A stretch of DNA of 26,862 nucleotides, from the NCBI GenBank assembly GCA_054600435.1, contig BAAIJX010000041.1, positions 186,001-212,862 on the forward strand. The letters are read 5' to 3'. Of the stretch, positions 20,831 through 26,862 are shown one piece after another. The first letter of the stretch is position 1, and the number at the start of each line of letters is the position of its first letter. The notes under the pieces were generated by a model. That model saw only the letters and a list, made by a program, of their open reading frames with translations, did not search any database and was not told where the DNA came from. Both the position numbers and the translations under genes were made by a program. This DNA is from Neophaeotheca triangularis (taxonomy: Eukaryota).

Positions 20831-22672
20831 ATGGCACAAGGCGAGCGACAGCCCTTCTTCGGTCTTAAAGGCACAGCGCTGACCGCATGGCTTACGATCG
20901 CTTGCGCGACCGACATGACCTTGTTTGGATACGATCAAGGCGTTTTCAGTAAGCTCTTTCCAGTAACAGACGACCAGCGTTGGGCAACCGCAGACACGAT
21001 GAAGCTCACAAAGATGCTTCTCCAGGCGGTGTCATCGTCTCCGACAACTTCCTTGAACTTCACGGAATCGTCGGCAACTCCACGATAATCAGTATCACGA
21101 CGGCAATCTACGACATTGGTTGTTTCCTAGGTGCCATCGTTGCTGCGGTGTACGGTGACACGCTGGGTCGAAAGAAGACCATCATCATCGGCACGACCAT
21201 CTTGGCGATCGGCGCGGCTCTTCAGACGACTTCATATTCGGTAGCTCAGATGATCGTTGGGAGAATTGTTGCTGGGATCGGCAACGGAATGAACACTTCC
21301 ACGGCGCCGGTCTGGCAAGCAGATTCGGCGAAGAGTAGCTGGCGTGGCCGATTGGTTGTAATTGAACTTGTGATGAACATTGCTGGGTTTTCTCTGGTGA
21401 ACTGGATCAGTGAGTATTGCACACGTCGCTGTGTATAGGACAAAGGACTGATCCAAATCTAAGACTATGGGATGTCTTTCGCAGGAGGCGCTACAGCCTG
21501 GAGGGTACCATTGGCCATTCAGTTCGTCTTCATCTTCGTCCTCTTTGCTACCGTCCCATGGCTACCGGAGTCTCCTCGGTAAGTGCACATGAAGTTGATG
21601 CAGCGTCTTGGACACCGACTGACGCCCGTCGTTCAGCTGGCTCATGGCCAAGGGTAGAGGTGCCGAGGCGACCCGTATCGTGGCGCTCGTCGAAGATATG
21701 CCCGAGGACGATCCAGTCACTGTGACCTTGGTGAACGACATAAAATGGGCCGTTGAGTACGAGAGAGAAAACGCACCAAAATGGCGTGAGCTACTCACCG
21801 GCAAGACGCAAGGCAAGGGCGGAACAGCAACACTTCAGCGCGCTTTCCTCGGCATTGGTCTTTTCGCGATGCAACAGTTCTCCGGCATTAACGTCACCTC
21901 GTACTACCTGCCGACGCTCCTGATCGAATCGGTCAACCTCAGCAACTCGATGTCACGACTCCTGACGGCTTGCAACTCCGTACAGTATCTGTTCTTCACC
22001 GCCCTGGCCGTCTTTTTCATTGAGAAGCTCGGGAGACGCAAGATGTTGCTCACCGGCGCGGCTGGGCAGGCCGTTTCGTTTGCTCTGATCGCGGCGTTAC
22101 TGTCCCAAAGCAGTACGGCGCGGACTCAAGCGGAAGAGGAGCGCTACGCTTCAGCATCGATTGCTTTCTTCTTCCTCTTCTTCTCCTTCTATGGATTCGG
22201 ATGGCAAGGAGTCAGCTGGCTGTTTCCTACAGAGATCAACAGCCTGGCGATGAGAGCGAAAGCGACCGGGATAGGAGTCGCTACCAACTGGATCATAAAC
22301 TTCATGGGTAAGTCGTTCAATGAAGGACCCACCACGGAACGATACTAACACTCCCCAGTCGTATTAGTCACACCGATCGGTATCGACAACATTGGCTGGC
22401 GCTTCTACATAATTTGGGCCATCTTCAACGCCGCCTTCATCCCGATTATCTACCTGCTGTACCCCGAGACGGCAAACCGTCACTTGGAAGATTTGGATCG
22501 ATACTTTGCGGAGAACAAGGGTATCATCGTGTGCTTTGATAAGGAGGCAACATCGACGAAGCGACCTGAGCGATACGAGGTGGAGCAGTCGGAGCAGGTC
22601 AAGAGAAACTACTCTGGCGCTGCTGGTGATGTGATGGAGAAGAGGAGAGAAGACTCGGTCTATGTCGACTAG
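20831..22672 (+). CDS. MFS sugar porter family transporter, STL1-like group (5 exons)
   Basis: ATG at 20831. Introns: 20949-21025, 21410-21463 (AAG acceptor), 21579-21636, 22308-22358. Motifs LFGYDQGVFSG, GDTLGRKK, GNGMNTSTAPVWQ, PESPRWL, QQFSGIN, EKLGRRK, PTEINSLAMRAK and YPETANRHLEDLD. Confidence 0.93.
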
Positions 22673-23102
22673 ACGGCCTGTATTTAGATGTGGATGTCAG
22701 AATCGTTCCGGCCTGCGAAGATCACTGCACTTTTTCGACAGTCTGCTTGATACCTAAACGATCGGCCAACGTACCGCTTCAGCGTCTGGTATCATGAACA
22801 CTTGTCATGGACACCGACGCAATAGGCACTGAAGCTTCGCACCAGGCAATGATGGTTACAGTGTCTCGGTCTTCCTCACAGATTATGTTGTTCTATAGTG
22901 TCTGCAGAGCGTAGCGGTCTTGAGTAGGCAAGGCAAGACATGCCCAAACACTCACCCTGAACGCGCAAGAAGAAGCATTGCATCGGCTACCGGAAAGAGT
23001 CCGCCCTGATCGCTTAAACAAGTACCTATATATAATTCATCCTCGACATGACTTTTGAATCAACTGCGTCGGAAAGTACTGTCAAGGTATCGATGGGCTC
23101 AG

Positions 23103-25392
23103 ATGACCATGGACGCTTCTCGACTGCCCACTCGGGTCAATAAGGCTTGCGATCGCTGCCGGCGCAACAAGTCGCGAGTAAGATTCGATACGAACAGCGT
23201 CCACGTCCGTTCTTCGCTCACGCTTCTCGCAACAGTGCGATCAATATCGGCCATGCTCGCTCTGCCGCAGGGCTGATGCGGACTGCGTGACATCGCTGGC
23301 TGATTCCGTAGAAAGGAACAACGTTAACGAGCCCCCGCCTGCGAAAAGACGCAAGCGGAGGCGATCAGCCAGCAATGGACCACCCGACGGCAATGATTCT
23401 TCTGCACAGGATAACTTGCCCCCGAGCTCGCTCCATGGCGCAACGGCTCATGGCTTCTTGACCAATGCTTTGCCAACCAAGGAGGCCGTGATGGACTTGG
23501 TGCAAGAGTACTTTGATTCTGTCCATTGGTTCTCACTGGTTGTATACGAACCGACTTTCCGCGCTTCCTTGAACAATATCTGTGAACACAGGCCCCAACG
23601 TGCGCAAAGACCATTCTTGTTATTGCTTTCGACTGTCCTTGGCCTAGCTGCCTGGTACCGAAGTCAAAAACCAGGGAATGAGCAGGGTGGAGGCTCTGTG
23701 AATTGGAAGGACTGGAGCAGCAAGCTGATTGCGAACGCACAATCGCAGATTCTCGACATCATGGATGATCGCTCCTTGACAGCTATACAGACGCTAACTC
23801 TGCTTGGCTCATTCTACGTCTATCATGGCCGCCCGAATCTGTCGTTCGCTCTTCTTGGTGCAACCGTGAGGGCTGCGCAAGCAGCTGGCATCCATAAACA
23901 CACGCCTCGGGCTTCCCCCGATGCGGTGCAGGAGAGAAGCCGGGTGTGGTGGACGATATACACCTGGGACAGGTGAGCTCAAAGCTGAACTACGCGGAAT
24001 CGCGCTAATTCTAATGCGCACTAAGGTTCGCGTCTATTACATACGGTCGCCCTCTCAGCATCAATGACGAAGACTGCAGCGCGCCGATGCCCGGTGATAT
24101 CTACGAAAACCCAGTTTTCGATCGCGACGCAACCGGTGCAGAACCTCGGCTTTGCTTCTCTAAGTACCAGAGAGAACTTAACCAGCTGTATATCATCGCA
24201 TCTCCGGCGATAGATCGTATGTTCCGAGTCAGGGAGGCCAGAACTCCGATCGGCGTACAGAACTACTTGAATCTGGTCGATGATGTTACCACCAAGATGC
24301 GACAGTGGTGGCAGCGTCTACCGGAGATCTTTTGTCGCTGCATGGACCAAGACTATTCGGCATCGCTCACGGCGGCGGAGCGAGCGTACAAGCTACAAGC
24401 GCTCTCGCTGTGCTTGACTTATGATAGCATCCTCATCATCATACTGTGCCCCTTCTGGGAGAAGCAACTCAATATCTTGCAGAACCACGCCGGCGGAGGC
24501 CTGGGGGTTGTCGGTCTGGAAGAGGAAACCAGCCGGGAGCCAACACCAAGGTCGCGCGACTCCGATTCTGTCGGACCCATGAACATGTCCAGTCGCGGAC
24601 AGTGGTGGGAAGCTGCCTCGCGCACCTGCATGTTGACCGAACTGCCGCAACTCGCCGAGCTTGCTTCTCTCAGCCATCTCTCAGCGTTCATGGCAATCAA
24701 CTTATACAACGCTGCTGTCGTCCTGGTCGTCGTGTCGTTGTCCGAGCCGTTTTCGACTCGCGCGCAGCAAGCGAAGCAGTCGATCGGCAGAGTCTACCGT
24801 CTACAGCAATCGCTTGGTGGTACAGTCAAGCTCGCTCAGAAGAGCGCGCAAGTACTGCGAAAGCTTGTCGTTCTGCTGCTCCGGCACGAAGGAGATGCCA
24901 TACTGAAGCCATCAGTCGTTCCAACGGAACGTACAACACCGCAGGTTGAACCATCGGTACCGGCGAGTCAAGTGTCTCTACGAAACGCACTCAACGTGCA
25001 CCACACTTCGGCAAACATCAGCCACGGCGAGCAAATGGGAAGCGTCCCCGGCAGCTGGGCGAACGCATACAACCTCGAAGACAGCCTCGCTTGCGTCCAG
25101 CAAGGTAAGTACGCGCACAAGCACAGCAGGTGACACGTGACTGACTTTGCACGCAGCGATCCACTCCAGCCCGCCGGATGCTTGGATCTTCGACACACCA
25201 CGAGATGTGACCTCAGCACCGACCTCGCAGCCGGGAGTTTTACAGGTCCAGGATCCTACTGTACCGCCGCACTGGGCTGACGCAAACTACTACGACGATA
25301 GCGTGTTCAGCGGCTGGGCTGGGGAGCAAGAAGATGCCGTAAATGACATGCACTGGCTTTGGGACAACGTTCCCATCGATCAAAATCTCTGA
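23103..25392 (+). CDS. Zn(II)2Cys6 transcription factor with fungal-specific middle homology region (4 exons)
   Basis: ATG at 23103 (or 23109). Introns: 23178-23235, 23973-24025 (AAG acceptor), 25105-25156. Spliced CDRCRRNKSRCDQYRPCSLCRRADADC, NLS-like PAKRRKRRR, and AQAAGIH...ERSRVWWTIYTWDRFASITYGRP. Confidence 0.92.
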
Positions 25393-25814
25393 GCTGGTAG
25401 TAGTACCAAGCGTACTTATTATACAGCTCAAGTTATACAGATAGTCAGGGGATCGTTCGGTCTCTCACCTCTCTCGTCACTTGTCCCACGACCTGCATTT
25501 ACTCCTAGTAGCCCTTTCATCAGGAGCTTGAGCTTCGAAGCAATTGATAAACACTTTCGCCGACGACAAAGTGAAGATTCTGGTGATTGCATCACTGTTC
25601 TCTTTGCCGTAAACCACACAAAAAAAAAACCACCTAGCGATCTGACCGGGTGAAGTTGCACATCGGAGCTTTCTGATCGAGCCGGGGCGCTAAATTCTGC
25701 CCCTCGAAAAAGTCAAGGCGGCACGACGGCAAAGCTTACCGCCCACCCAGCAAATTGGGAAAAAAAAAAGACGTACAAGAGAGTAAAAAGAGCAAAAGCT
25801 TAACGCCTAATTGG

Positions 25815-25949
25815 CGACGTGGGCAGGATTCGAACCTACGCCCCCGAAGGGAATTGATTTCTAGTCACTGTACAGTTGTCAGAACATGCTCGAATAGCAA
25901 GTGGAAAGGGGCTTGACCGACATCGCAGTGACCACTTTGCTACCACGCC
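25815..25949 (-). tRNA. tRNA-Ser(AGA): tRNA-Ser(AGA) interrupted by a 54-nt GT-AG insert at non-canonical position 28/29
   Basis: Exon 1 (25949-25922) GGCGTGG-TA-GCAAAGTGGTCACTGC-G-AT; exon 2 (25867-25815) TGA-CTAGAAA-TCAAT-TCCCTTCGGGGGC-GTAGG-TTCGAAT-CCTGC-CCACGTC-G. Joined they give an 81-nt cloverleaf with a long variable arm, G73 and A/B boxes. T-runs lie downstream on the minus strand. Confidence 0.92.
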
Positions 25950-26639
25950 CGACTGTGAGTAATCGATGACTTTTCGAATGACTAATTGTATAATGAACCT
26001 GTTTTTGGCAAACAGCAGCGAGACAATGATAATCGTCGCTCGACTCGACTCCTATGACCTAGCCCCAACGACTCGACTCGTTTTTCTCTCCCTCCTCTGC
26101 CCCCGGATGTACGAACGAGGGAGCAGACTACGGCTTGTCATTAGAAGTGCCGAGTTCGGTGCTACTACTCTCTACTGACCTCCGCTCTGCGAGACTCGGA
26201 GCCTTTTCACTGCGTAAATCGGGAGCAAGTCGAGACTTTGACCTCGCCTTCATCGGGAACATCTCAATATTCATTCTGCAAACGTTGTCTTCTTGGAGCT
26301 GGGCTCCGTGAGACAAACATGCTTACTTACAATTCACCTGTCTACGCGGAGCCGCATGGGTCTGCAGGCAGCTGGTAGAAGTGGTATCTTGAAACCATGG
26401 CCATTGAACGTCTCCTTTGTTGATAGCAAGCCCGACCATTGCATCGCATCGCATGGCCCGGGAGTGGTAGGTACAAATACTAGTAAGCCGCGATGTTCCG
26501 GATGCTTGTCCATCATCATTTTCACACAACCTTCCTCCTCCACCACAGAATTCGTGCCTCCCTAGCAAGAACCCCTTCGCAACAATGCCAGTCTTGCCAG
26601 TGCATGTAAGTTCTAGCAGCCATCACGCATGGCTCGACT

Positions 26640-26673
<34 letters not shown>

Positions 26674-26740
26674 AAGGGGGGGTTTTGGGTTTTTTTTTTT
26701 TTTTTTTAAAATAAAAAAAAAAAAAAAAAAAAAAAAATAA
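26640..26740. other. Homopolymer run block (poly-G, poly-T, poly-A); probable sequencing/assembly artefact or simple repeat
   Basis: About 28 G followed by long T and A runs, near the window end. Confidence 0.6.
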
Positions 26741-26862
26741 CACGACGACGAGAACGAGACAGCAACAAGGTAAAGAAAACCCACCAACGCCGGAGAACAG
26801 GAACGGGAGACTCACCGGTGGCAGCACACTTACCCCAACGCCGTTCGCACTTACCTCGAAAC

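Noticed and set aside
16619..25431. Numerous alternative-frame and antisense ORFs overlapping the four cluster genes
   Set aside because: Expected shadows of GC-rich coding sequence; none has recognisable motifs.
25868..25921. Ordinary SEN-type tRNA intron or bulge-helix-bulge intron
   Set aside because: The insert is at 28/29, not 37/38; the anticodon loop and 3' stem are contiguous; the junctions do not fall in 3-nt bulges.
25966..26862. ORFs and scattered splice-like signals after the tRNA, including the poly-F/K/P ORF 26522-26827
   Set aside because: No recognisable protein; the low-complexity ORF is a translation of homopolymer runs that look like a sequencing or assembly artefact.

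Overview
Fungal (filamentous ascomycete) nuclear DNA in two sharply different halves. Positions 1-15913 are repeat DNA degraded by repeat-induced point mutation (RIP). They contain the right-hand >13.6 kb of a probable giant Plavaka/CACTA-type DNA transposon, with a Plavaka transposase relic, two paralogous SNF2-type ATPase/helicase relics, a coiled-coil repeat gene relic, many 12-bp CCGANTC arrays and subterminal repeats. This element appears inserted at the start of the RNase H domain of a Ty1/Copia retrotransposon. The Copia 3' part follows: RNase H, an antisense Cys-rich ORF, a polypurine tract and a 152-bp 3' LTR. Positions ~16700-25400 hold an intact four-gene sugar/polyol cluster: two MFS sugar porters, a Zn-dependent xylitol/sorbitol-type dehydrogenase and a Zn2Cys6 transcription factor, with a shared CGG-rich promoter motif. 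At 25815-25949 (minus) lies a tRNA-Ser(AGA) gene whose anticodon stem is interrupted at position 28/29 by a 54-nt insert with GT...CTGAC...CAG spliceosomal signals; this is the most unusual feature of the window. All calls come from manual reading and translation; no database searches were run.
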